A DNA stretch of 62,693 nt, the filler included, from Chiloscyllium plagiosum (lineage: Eukaryota): NCBI RefSeq assembly GCF_004010195.1. It is 3 parts of one record of this genome, joined end to end, with 100 filler letters (N's around TTAATTAATTAA, not from the genome) between each part and the next. Parts side by side here need not be neighbours in the genome. Positions count along the whole stretch, not along the records: positions 1 to 21,969 come from NC_057710.1; 2 more parts are not named here. One strand, written 5' to 3'. The position numbers were made by a program, and so were the translations under genes. Position 1 is the first letter of the stretch. Each line of letters opens with the position of its first letter. This document shows, one piece after another, positions 1-11,506 of the stretch. Under the pieces are notes generated by a model. It saw nothing but the letters and a program-made list of their open reading frames with translations. It was not told the DNA's origin and did no database searches.

Positions 1-1556
1 CTCAGCACAGTTATCCCAGTGTGGGTCTGAACTTGCTCAGCACAGTTATCGTAGGGTGGGTCTGACCTTGCTCAGCACAGTTATTCCAGTGTGGGTCTGA
101 CCTTGCTCAGCACAGTTATCCCAATTTGGGTCTGACCTTGCTCAGCACAGTTATCGTAGGGTGGGTCTGACCTTGCTCAGCACAGTTATCGTAGGGTGGG
201 ACTGACCTTGCTCAGCACAGTTATCGTAGGGTGGGACTGACCTTGCTCAGCACAGTTATCGTAGGGTGGGTCTGACCTTGCTAAGCACAGTTATCGCAGG
301 GTGGGTCTCACTTTGTTCAGCACAGTTATCGAAGGGTGGGTCTGACCTTGCTCAGCACAGTTATCCCAATGTGGGTCTGACCTTGCTTAGCACAGTTATC
401 CCAATGTGGGTCTGACCTTGCTCAGCACAGTTATCCCAATGTGGGTCTGACCTTGCTCAGCACAGTTATCGCAGGGTGAGTCTGACCTTGCTCAGCACAG
501 TTATCCCAATGTGGGTCTGACCTTGCTCAGCACAGTTATCCCAATTTGGGTCTGACCTTGCTCAGCACAGTTTTCCCAGTGTGGGTCTGACCTTGCTCAG
601 CACAGTTATCCCAGGGTGTGTCTGACCTTGCTCAGCATAATTATCCCAGTGTGGGTCTGACCTTGATCAGCACAGTTATCCCAGTGTGGGTCTGACGTTG
701 CTCAACACAGTTATCGTAGGGTGAGTCTGACCTTCTTCAGCACAGTTATCGTAGGGTGGGTCTGACCTTGCTTTGCACAGTTATCCCAGTGTGGGTCTGA
801 CTTTGCTCAGCACAGTTATCGCAGGGTGGGTCTGAGCTTGCTCAGCACAGTGATCCCAATGTGAGTCTGACCTTGCTCCGCACAGTAATCCCAGTGTGGG
901 TCTGACCTTGATCAGCACAGTTATCCCAATGTGGGTCTGACCTTGCTCAGCACAGTTATCCCAATGTGGGTCTGACGTTGCTCAACACAGTTATCGTAGG
1001 GAGGGTCTGACCTTGCTTAGCACAGTTATCGCAGGGTGGGTCTGACCTTGCTCAACACAGTGATCCCAATGTGGGTCTGACCTTGCTCAGCACAGTTATC
1101 GTAGGGAGGGTCTGACCTTGCTTAGCACAGTTATCACAGTGTTAGTCTGACCTTGCTAAGCACAGTTATCCCAGTGTGGGTCTGACTTTGCTCAGCACGG
1201 TTATCCCACTATGGGTCTGACCTTGCTTAGCACAGTTATCGCAGGGTGGGTCTGACCTTGCTCAGCACAGTTACCCCAATGTGGGTCTGACTTTGCTCAG
1301 CACGGTTATCCCACTATGGGTCTGACCTTGCTCAGCACAGTTATCCCAGTGTGTGTCTGACCTTGCTCAGCACTGTTATCCCAGTGTGGTCTGACCTTGC
1401 TCAGCACAGTTATTCCAGTGTGGGTCTGACCTTGCTCAGCACAGTTATCCCAATGTGGGTCTGACCTTGCTCAGCACAGTTATTCCAGCGTGGGTCTTAC
1501 CTTGCTCAGCATAGTTATTCCAGTGTGGGTCTGACCTTGCTCAGCACAGTTACTGA
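1..1556. repeat. 35-bp minisatellite, about 44 tandem copies (runs off the left edge of the window)
   Basis: Unit CTCAGCACAGTTATC-[CCAGTGT/CCAATGT/GTAGGGT/GCAGGGT]-GGGTCTGACCTTG recurs at 1, 36, 71, 106... (register repeats every 420 bp = 12 units); one 1-bp deletion near 1389. Confidence 0.97.
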
Positions 1557-1559
1557 CCT

Positions 1560-1675
1560 ATCAGTCCAACTCATCTTGCTAATCAAATTGCCCAAACTAA
1601 ACTCGTCCCACTTGCCTGAATTTGGCCCATATCCCTCTAAACCTTTCCTGTTCATATACCTATGCAAAAGTCTTC
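1560..1675 (-). mobile_element. CR1 LINE 3' end fragment
   Basis: TTTGGCCCATATCCCTCTAAACCTTTCCTG is the reverse complement of the CR1 3' region seen in other copies (e.g. near 33230-33260). Confidence 0.75.
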
Positions 1676-3624
1676 AATGGAAATATATATCGTAAATGGG
1701 TAATAAGAAGTGCGGTGGACTGCTTAGGGAAAATGAGAGGATCTACACACAGGGACAGAGTATGGTTGAACTATTAAATTAATGCCTTGTATTTGTCTTC
1801 AAGAAAGAAAATACAATTAAGTTATGGTGACCAAAGAAGTCACTGACATACTGTATAGGTATGCAGTTATTGCATCCAAGCATATTTATATGTTTGTTCA
1901 GACCTGCAGACGTATACTCTAATGGACGCGGTGAAGTTTGTGTGTATGATAACTTTAAAAGACAGATGGAGTGCTAAAACATTTTGAAAACTTCAAGAGA
2001 ACATAAAAGTGAGCTTCAAGACATCAACAACTTTTATCAGGTTTGTCGGTGAATGAGATTAAAAATCAGCAATTCAAGAGGCAGAGATAAGGATTCTTCC
2101 ATACAGGCAGGATTCTGCAGATTTGATGGCTACCAAGATCAAGTTGTTGCTACATCATATAGTGACAAGAAATTTATTTTTCAATCCAGTCAAGCATCAG
2201 GGCACAACTAGCTTGCATGTTTGCAAGCTCTGTGTTTCCTGTTCGCACTCGGTATCCTTGCAGCTGATCGCAGAGATTCTGTGTTTCTACCCTCCTGCTG
2301 ATCCAGATTGGGAGCAGACAAGGTCCCATTGTCACCCTCAGGTGGATTTCCTCTGTCAGCAATGCTCAGGAGCAGATTGACAGGAAATGTTGCCTCTTGA
2401 GTGGTGTGTGGATATAGGAGATGATGGGAAGGTCCAAAAGACTTCTTGGGCTGACTGATATACAGGAATTCCCTCTGTCGGTATCTATTTCTCCAAAAAT
2501 GGCATCGCAAACCCAAGTCACAAAAAATTCTGCCTGGCAGTAAGGTCAATGAAAACTGAATTTCAGATGGAAACATAATATCAAACAAAGTCTTCCAGAG
2601 AATCTTTCAAAGATACAATATATTTATTGTACTGTCAGATGTTATGGCTCTTTTAAATGTGCTCCTGTGCATAGATTTGACAAGATTTCAACCACTATCA
2701 GGTGCCAATACTGAGATGAGACATATGTCCAACAAATCAGTGTGGTTAAAACTAACATTTCCTTTACCTCCACCCCAGTGGTTCCTTCTGCTTCAGGCTG
2801 GAGCTTCAATACCAGTCCCCGATCTAACACAGATGTCAAACTGAACTATAATCCTGTCGAACTGAGTTATGTCTGATTTTCTTTCCATTTCTCCTCCAGT
2901 CCCCCTGCTAAATCAATGAGGTTGTGAGCTGGAAATCACCATGACAAATTCTCCCAATCCTACAAAAGTCCATCAAATAGTGTCATTCTTAAAATTGTTT
3001 GATGCAAAGCCATTGTGGGATTTTTTTCTGTGTACCAAACATGGTAATTTTCAGAGCCAAGATGTGATGTACCAACAAGAATGTGATGTGCTATCTTGTT
3101 TCACTACAGTGATTGATGTAAGCGGAATTCTATTTTTGAGACATTATTTACACGGATGTTGGGGATGTGCTTCAAGGCTCGTATCGGTGCTCTTTCATCT
3201 GTTCTATTCAGCAATACATAGCATCGAGCCATTGAACAGAATAATTGCAGTTTATTTTTGAAAGCTTTTGTTTTTGTTGAAAAGAAATCTTTGTGACCAC
3301 TGGGAGGAAATGACACTTAATGGCACTTGTCAAACATTGAGGTTATTTTCTCTGCAGGAAGAATTCTTTTACAAATGATTGCAACTTCCTTCAAGTTTAT
3401 CCACTCTATGAGTATCTTTTAAACAAAGGTGCACTAAGTAGACAAAAGTGATCATAGCTGGGTAGGAAACATTTTAAACATTTCCATCATTCAACTCACA
3501 AAAGGTTTCAATGGAGCCCTAATCAATGAATGAATGTGTGACAAACAATGCTGTGAATGATGAAGAAGTGGTTTCCAATTTCCAGTTCAGAGTAGCAATG
3601 TATTTTTTTTAAAAGTAAGTCCAC

Positions 3625-5050
3625 AAGAACATAAGCATAAGATCATATGACGTAAGAGCAGAATTATGTCATTCGACCCATTGAGTTTTGTAAAGGTAGC
3701 TCATGTTTGAAAGTTTCTAAATGGCCAACAAGGGATAAGTAGAATTAAACAGCCTACTCCAGCATAAGTGAATCATAATGGTACTTTTGAACTGGGGTAC
3801 TCCATGAACTACTTTTGAACAGGAGGCCCTACAAGCAACCATCTGAGACAGTTTGATAAGATGATGCCTAAGGATAGACAAGCAATTAATTCCAGCCTCA
3901 TTAATGAAAGGATGTTGTCCCATTTGGTGAATAGCACCAGTTAGAACAAGGGGTGTAAACCTCAGTCCATGAACCATTCAGCCTAACTCATTAAGCAGCT
4001 TTGATAGCAACAGCTAAAGTTATTTTGTCATAATCCATTGTTTCTTTGAAATTATTTACAGTATTAGGAAATAGGTTCTAGTTAAAGATTCTTCAGATAA
4101 TCAAAGAGATAGGTTTTGACATAATTATAAATACACATATAACCAAAATGTAAAAGGAGTATTAGGGAAAACATTGAAACTTAAATGTGAAAGTTAATTA
4201 GTCTCAGGAAACATTTCCTTATCTCTAAAAAGATGCCTGGTATGTCCTGAATGAAAGAGATTGTTCACCACTTATTAGTCACAAAGTACTAACAGTAGAG
4301 CTGTACACTTGATAACTAACTTTATAACCGAAATTAATATTGCAAATCTTATAACAATTAGTTAAGACCAACTGTTTTATTTATTTATAATATAGATAAT
4401 TAGGACAGTAGAAAATATAAGAGTAATAACAGAATTTGATACAGATAGCACATGCAATACAATGGATAACAGAATCCACACAGCCCTTAGAGATAAGCAA
4501 GTCTGGGACATACCTGAAATAGTATAACCAGTAACTTTGGAATAGGAATTGATAGGACACATAGAAGGATCCCAAGGCCTAGAGATTACAATGTCTGTTA
4601 AATACCATGAGATCATGGGAACCTCGGGCTGTCCATCGGAATACCCATCATTGTTTCACAGCATTGGGTGTATTGAATAAAAAGGAAGGACATAATGGCC
4701 ATGTTGAATGTGATTAGTGTAACACAAAATATATTAAAACACTGTATTTCACCATAAAGATCTGATTGCGTCATTGATCTCTCTTCTGATCTAAGCAGTA
4801 GATTAAGAGAATGAGTGGGTTCTCATGACAAGGCTAGATTCAGGAAAGATCTTTGGTCCTCTCCTTACATTCACTGTTTGGAGCTTGAATAAAAGTCTGC
4901 CACTTGCCTGAATTGAGCCTGCTTCCTGAGTCTTTGTCCCCACTCCACAAGTCTGCTCCACCATTCAAACAGATCATGGCTGATTGGATAATCCACAATT
5001 CCACATTCCTGCCATGATTCCCTTATTGATTAAAAAAAATCTCTCATCCT
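3625..5050 (-). mobile_element. CR1 3' tail split by the 3689-4949 insertion
   Basis: AAGAACATAAG...CATTCGACCCATTGAG stops at 3688 and resumes at 4950 as AGTCTGCTCCACCATTC...ATCATGGCTGAT, matching the uninterrupted tails at ~19100 and ~43800. Confidence 0.65.
3689..4949 (+). mobile_element. Long solo-LTR-like insertion (1261 bp)
   Basis: Starts TGTAAAG, ends CTCCACA; flanked by AGTTT (3684-3688) and AGTCT (4950-4954), a 5-bp TSD with one mismatch; AATAAA at 4888-4893 shortly before the right end; interrupts a CR1 tail. Confidence 0.65.
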
Positions 5051-5472
5051 TGAAGGAGTCCAATGTAGAACCTCAATTATTTACATTATTTATTAGTGAC
5101 TTTGATAATGGCATAGAAAGTCATATATTCAAATTTTTGGATGACCCAAAGGTAGGTGGCATTGTAGACATTGTCGATGATAGCATAAAATTACAAAGGG
5201 ATATTCATAGACTAAGCAAATGGACAAAACTGTGGCAAATGGAGTTCAAAACAAGCAAGTGTGAGATTATCTATTTTAGACTGATCCAGGTACTTTCTGG
5301 ATGATATGAAGATAAATACAATGGATGTCCAAACAGACTTGGAGGTTCAGATGCATGGACATGTAAAATGTCACAAATAGGTGTAAAAAATAATCAAGAA
5401 ATCTAATAGAGTGCTGACCTTTATACCTGGAGGACAGGAGTACAGGATGGAGATGTTCTGTGCAGTTATACA

Positions 5473-5686
5473 CAAGGGCAAAACTGAGGACTGCAGATGC
5501 TGGAGATTAGAGTTGGGAGTGTGGTGCTGGAAAAGCACAGCAGGTCAGGCAGCATCTGAGGAGCAGGAAAATCAACATTTCGGGCAAAAGCCCTTCATCA
5601 GGATTGCCCAAAATATCAATTTTCCTGTTCCTTGGATGCTGCCTGACCTGTTGTGCTTTTCCAGCACCATACTCTCAACTGCAGTT
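5473..5686. mobile_element. Penelope-like element remnant (inverted pseudo-LTR pair)
   Basis: GTGCTGGAAAAGCACAGCAGGTCAGGCAGCATC and its reverse complement GATGCTGCCTGACCTGTTGTGCTTTTCCAGCAC form a fold-back; the same sequence follows a GIY-YIG C-terminus at 35694-36085; TGCAGTT duplicated at 5461 and 5680. Confidence 0.75.
5572..5602 (-). ncRNA. Minimal type I hammerhead ribozyme motif (Penelope-associated)
   Basis: Minus strand reads CUGAUGA-A-GGGC-UUUU-GCCC-GAAA-UGUUGA: both core boxes with a 4-bp helix II; helix III palindrome appears CpG-decayed. Confidence 0.7.
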
Positions 5687-8600
5687 TAACGCTCTGGTTA
5701 GAACCCACTTGAATACTGTCAGCACAGTAGGAAGGATGCATTAATTCTGCAGTGAGTGCAACATAAGTTTGCAAGAATTATATCTGGACTTCAGTGATTA
5801 AGTTATACAGAGACATTATAAAAATTAGGTCTGTTTTCTCCAGAATTTAGAAGATTAAGAGGTAATCTGATTTATGCTTCAAGACATTAGTTGGAAAAGA
5901 AAGGGTAGATAAAGATAAACTATTTCCTTTGGTTGCAGACTCCAGAATCTGTTAATTAGGGTCAGACTGTTCAGGAGTGATGTTAGATCCTGAGACTTGC
6001 ATTGAGCTCAAAATACAAAGGATGTTGGGACCCAAGCTGAATATTTTGCTATTAAGTTTTAAATTCAACTTTATGTAATATATTCAACATTTTTCCAGAT
6101 CCATGTTATAGATGAAATTGGCCAATTATATTGTCCTCTAAATTATTAAGAACTATTGTGTCAACAAGGAAGGTGAATAAAAGAAAATCAATGTGAACGA
6201 GTTAATTAGAAAACTCAATAGACTGGATCAAAGATAATTTGCTGACAACTGTTTGCATAGACAGTCAGGCTAATGCAGTACATTTATCATTTTATGAATA
6301 AAGCCAACGGAACAAGGGAAATCACTGGAAGTGAAACATTTCTTTACTGGCACAGTTAGGTTGATAATCTTTACCAAAATATTTTCTAACACTACATTGG
6401 TAAATTAGGAAGTGTAGTTCTACATCATTCCTATGGTGCTGTGAGCAGTATTTCCAAACCATTGCAGGAAAACAAGTCAAAGCACATCGACATTATGAAC
6501 TTTTAAGTTGCACTCACAGCCTTCATTCCAATACATTTAGGAAAATATAGGTCGCTACCTGTGTAAACAGAGGTAACTTTGTGTTAGCTTATAATTGTTG
6601 TTCAATCACATAGTAAAAGTTCATAAATGTTGATATATGATCAAAACATCATGTGCTTATAAAAGCATAAATTGACTTAAACAACCAACATTGTTGCTGA
6701 ATTATTACATGCTTTAACTCAATCCAAAATTCTCTCCACAAATGTTAGGCAAATCTTCAGAACTGCCATTTCACCATTCTACATCAGACATTTTAAATTC
6801 AATTTATTTTGTTTTTGGTTTATCCCTGGGACTAAGTCTTCAAATATTCCAGCTATGTGCCTTTGAATGCCAATTTCACTCTCTGAAAGACTAAACTCTA
6901 TGAAAGTCTGAAGGCATTGCAAACGGAGCTTTACTGGACATGATGCTTTATTCTGAATGAAAGTCATTTCTGAATTGCTATCCTGCATTTATCAGTATAC
7001 TTCAGGAAATTTCCAGCTATAAATGTCTATTATAAATTCACAAGGTTACAGCAGAAAGATAAACTTCCACATCTAAGTCTGTTCTCTTGAAGATCTACTA
7101 AAGAAACCCATTTCAAATGATTTGTGATTTGATATTTTATTTGGAATTATTGTCAGCACAAAAAAGATTAAAACATCTTAAAATTTCGCTTCATTGAAGA
7201 AAACATTGTCAACTGATCTATTTATCCGACATAACAAAATTGTCAGTAACATATAGGGATGAATATCCTGGAGCCCTTTAAAAGCTTAGCATAAATAATA
7301 GGTACAGATCAAACCCCTCCACCAATGTCTGCAATAAAAGTGCAAGTACAGATCAAACACCTCTCTCATATGGAAGCCAATCTGCCCATCATGAATCTCT
7401 AGGGACTGGACTGTTAAATTCAGCTATGTTCAGAAGGAATATAGGCCAGATTTATGTGACTAATTAGACAGCTTCATGCCTACACAAACTGTTGGATCCA
7501 AATGCACAGCAAACTTTGAGTCTTTTGAGCTTAAAAGAAGATCCACCAAAGTTATCTCCCTTGGGGAAATGTTGACTACATCATGAAGTTAACACAGAAG
7601 ATGTGAAAATGGGATCTATTATGGGAAGCAATGATTCCGAAGGAGTTAATGTTGTCACAACTTAATGGAGTAGTTATTCATGGTTTGACCACACATGTAA
7701 AAACTTGATTAAACCACTGAAATCACCTAAATTCACCTAACTGCCTCTAATCAAAAGAAAATGCACACTAAATTTTTTTTAAAAACTCATTGACAAGAAA
7801 ATAAATATTATTTGTAATTAAACTATTGATAACCATTGACAAGCAAGAAACACAAATTGCTAAATTATAAATCTGTAGCTTAAACTCTATCCCCTTTTTA
7901 AGATTCCCATAAACACACATTTGGACATTCAAAGAGAAAAGTTAAGACACAAGTATTATGGGTGGAGAAGCAAAAACATACAAGAAAGCATAGTTCTGGC
8001 ACCAGTGTGGATCACAAACATCAATTAATTGGTTTCTTTCAGTAATGCCTTCCAACTCTGTGCTCATGACATAAGACTACTATATAGCAATTCTCAGACT
8101 TTCATTCACTGGTTGAGGACTCACTCTCTCACTGCCCTGAAGGTGTTTTCTCTCTCAGTTCTTTTCAAGAGAATACTGACAGAAAGATTTGCAGGGAAAT
8201 GGTGAGTGATAAGATCTACGAGGAGTGTTACTTCCTGGTATTTTACAATTGCAAAATCCTCTTTCAAAGCTTCTTTGCTTTAAAGTAGTGTATTTTCTCA
8301 TTTTTACTCCACAGTAAAAACAAATGGTCCTAACAATGTTCATATTGCTTTGAGACCCTCCTAATCTGATGATTTTACACAATCTTTGATAGAGACGGTT
8401 GAGTTCTGAATGAATACCGAAATGGAGCAGACGTATTCTCTACAGCACCAAGAGTATTTAGTAGTTATGCCTACAAAGTTAATTAAAGTGTGTCTATTGC
8501 TACCATGCAATAAATTGCCTTGTGATATAAAACAAACATCTCTCTGTTTAGACCCATCGGTTTGACTACCTTCTACCATCAATAATTGGATAAGTTCTAA

Positions 8601-10046
8601 TTCCACATTGAAGGAGGAAGTTATGTGGCTGCAATCTGCACAAAAAGAAAGCTACGCATTGATGGTGGTTGTATCTGAAAATACAGCATAGCGATCAACA
8701 GGGGACATACAGAACCCAAAGACAAGAAAATCTTTAAAAAGGTCACAACAATTTAATAGGGTTGGAACTTTAAGCTTCACTCTTTCAAAATAAAATTGAC
8801 TTTTTCTTCCACCTGTATGTTATATTTGAAAGTGCCCAATTACATTATTCTTGAAGGAGTTATGAGCTGTTCTATGTGAAGTATATAATAAACTAAGAAT
8901 AATTAAATCTATTGCATTCATTAGCTGAAATGTGAAAACTGTCAGTCTACAGCAACTATGGGAGGACTAACAGGACATGTTCCGCTCTCCAAAGAAAGCT
9001 TCATCAAGAAAATGGCAAGAGGTACAAAGGCTACAATGTGGGCTGGGGAATCACAAAAGTCCAGTCACACTGAGAAAAGGACAGAGGCCTTAGTGAAGAA
9101 GGATCTGCGTGGAGTGAGAATGGCTCCGGATGTTAGATATCTCTGAGGGAAATCAATCTTAACATGATGCAAATACCTGAAAGAGGAGGCAAAGACGTTA
9201 AAATAAAAGGAGGTCTCACACCTCAAAAGTGGGTATTGCTGCCATTATCAGTAAGGTTCATGTGGCACAGCTGAAGGACAGTGCAAGGGGCAGAAATATA
9301 ACTTAAATAAAGTTCAATATCAGGAAGGCTTCAGACTTAAGATGAAAAAGAGCAAATTTGGAGAAATTTAGGCAAAGACTCAAGCAGAAAAAAACTCAGA
9401 AAAAATGTTTAAAAGGATAGTACTCAATAATTAAATCATAATTTATGTTTCAAGATTCATAAATGCTGCTGTCAGAGAACTATACTTTTTAAAATTTGCA
9501 GAAGAATACAATACAGCATTTTTATAATATAGTATAAGACTGTGAACAAATTGGATACTGTAAGTAATCTAATCTAATCTAATGGATACAAGAAAACAAG
9601 GCTGAAGAAAAGCAGGTTACAAGCAGCATTGAAATCACAGATTTTAAACTGTATACGGTTAGAAGAATCAACAAGCATGTTGAGAAGAAATGTGAGGAGA
9701 AATAATAGTTCTACATAGATTCGGTTCATGAATGGATCATATAGAACAAAAGACTGAACATCTAAGAGGAGGCAGTTCTTAAGATCCAGAATTGCTTCAA
9801 ATTGAGCATTAAATCTGAGGCTGATCAAACGAATAGGCCATTGCAATCAATTTGTCCTGTAGTGAATGGTGTCATAAATCACCAGAGTATTAAAGAGAGC
9901 ACAGGTATTTTGATAATATCTTTGGAGCTTTTTTTAAATAATTACTTCAATTTTCAAACAAACAATATCTTTGAAACTAGCGATAGTTAACAGAAGAATT
10001 CACCTTCCAGAGGAACTTAATAGGCAATTTCATTAACAATCCATAC

Positions 10047-10370
10047 AGATTAGATTAGATTAGATTAGATTAGATTAGATTACTTACAGTGTGGAAACAC
10101 GCCCTTCGGCCCAACAAGTCCACACCGCCCCGCCGAAGCGCAACCCACCCATACCCCTACATTTACCCCTTACCTAACACTACGGGCAATTTCGCATGGC
10201 CAATTCACCTGACCTGCACATCTTTGGACTGTGGGAGGAAACTGGAGCACCCGGAGGAAACCCACGCAGACACGGGGAGAACGTGCAAACTCCACACAGT
10301 CAGTCGCTTGAGGCGGGAAATGAACCCGGGTCTCTGGCGCTGTGAGGCAGCAGTGCTAACCACTGTGCCA
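10047..10370 (-). mobile_element. tRNA-derived SINE (HE1/V-SINE type), near full length
   Basis: Minus strand: A box TGGCACAGTGGTT, B-box-like GGTTCATTTCC, V-domain-like body (GGGTTTCCTCCGGGTGCTCCAGTTTCCTCCCACAGTCCAAAGATGTGCAGG), CR1-like tail, (AATCT)n end; CAGATTA on both flanks; many CpGs retained. Confidence 0.9.
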
Positions 10371-10375
10371 GATTA

Positions 10376-11506
10376 ATGACCTCAAGTTCCTCAATTTTCC
10401 TCTGACTATTAGGGAGTCTGTAATACAATCCCAATAAGGTGATCATCTCTTTCTTATTTCTCAGTTCAACTCAAATAACTTCCCTGAATGTATTTCTGGG
10501 AATATATTTCCTCAGTACAGCTGTAATGCTATCCCTTATCAAAAACACCATTCCCCCTCCTCTCTTGCCTCCCTTTCTGTCCTTCATGTCGCATTTGTAT
10601 CCGAGAACATTAACCTTCCAGTCCTGTCTATCCCTGAGCCACATTTCTATAATTGCTGTGATATCTAAGGTCCATGTTCCTAACCATGTCCTGAGTTCAT
10701 CTGCCTTTCCTGTTAGACCTCTTGCATTGAAATAAATGCAGTTTAATTTATCAGTCCTAACTTGCTCTCTGCTTTGTCCCTGACTGTTTGACTTGCTTCT
10801 GTTCTCAACTGTACCAGTTTGAGATTGATCTCTTTCCTCATTATCTCTCTTGGTTCCAACCCCCCATATTACTAGTTTAAATCCTCCCGAACAGTTCTAG
10901 CAAATCTCCCTGCCAGTATATTAGTCCCCTTCCAATTCAGGTGGAATCTATCCTTCTTGTACAGGTCACTTCTACCCCAGAAAAGATTCCAATGATCCAA
11001 AAATGTGAATCCTTCTCCATACGCCAGATCCTCAGCCATGCATTCATCTGCTGTATCCCCCTATTCCTGCCCTCACTAGCTTGCTGCACCAGGAGTAATC
11101 CAAATATTACTACTCTCGAGGACTTCCTTAAATTCCTTCCTAACTCTCTACATTCTCCCTTCAGAATCTCATCATTTTCCCTTCCTATGTCATTGGTTCC
11201 AAAATGTACAATGGCCTGCTGCTGGTCCCTCTCCCTCCCCCATGATAACATTCTGTACCCTCTCTGAGACATCCTTGATCCTGGCACCAGGGAAGCAACA
11301 CACCATTCTGATTTTTTGCTGCTGGCCACAGAAACGTCTGTCTGTACCTCGGACTAAAGAGTCCCCTAATGGAATTGATCTCTTGGAACCTGACGTACTC
11401 CTCATTGCATTAGACCCAGTCTCAATACGAGAAACTTAGCTGTTTATGCTCCATTCCCCTGGGAATCCATCACCCCTACATTTTCCAAAACAGCATGCTT
11501 GTTTGA
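10376..11506 (-). mobile_element. CR1 5' portion: ORF1 SGNH-esterase relic and start of ORF2 endonuclease
   Basis: Frameshifted ORFs give GDSLVRGTDRRFCG...MVCCFPGARIKDVSERVQ and IVHFGTNDIGR...SRVVIFGLL...MNAWLRIW (GDS / G / GxND blocks of the CR1 ORF1 esterase). Confidence 0.85.

Larger units (their letters stand above)
5055..5990 (+). mobile_element. Decayed CR1 LINE, RT C-terminal part and 3' region
   Basis: ORF 4984-5304 contains PQLFTLFISDFDNGIESHIFKFLDDPKVGG...WQMEFKTSKCE (CR1 LF..FINDLD / KFADDTK.GG / WQM.FN..KC motifs); interrupted at ~5473-5686. Confidence 0.85.

Noticed and set aside
1..1556. CRISPR array (constant repeat plus variable segment)
   Set aside because: The variable part is only ~7 bp and reuses a few variants; no unique spacers, no cas genes, vertebrate context.
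2123..2600. Overlapping ORFs as a host exon
   Set aside because: No recognisable host domain or splice-site pair; the minus frame loosely resembles a decayed LINE RT N-terminus.
7660..8150. Second solo LTR
   Set aside because: LTR-like texture, but I could not define paired TG/CA termini or a TSD.
10300..10370. tRNA gene
   Set aside because: The A/B boxes belong to a SINE head continuing into a SINE body and tail; same for the copies near 55100 and 56930.
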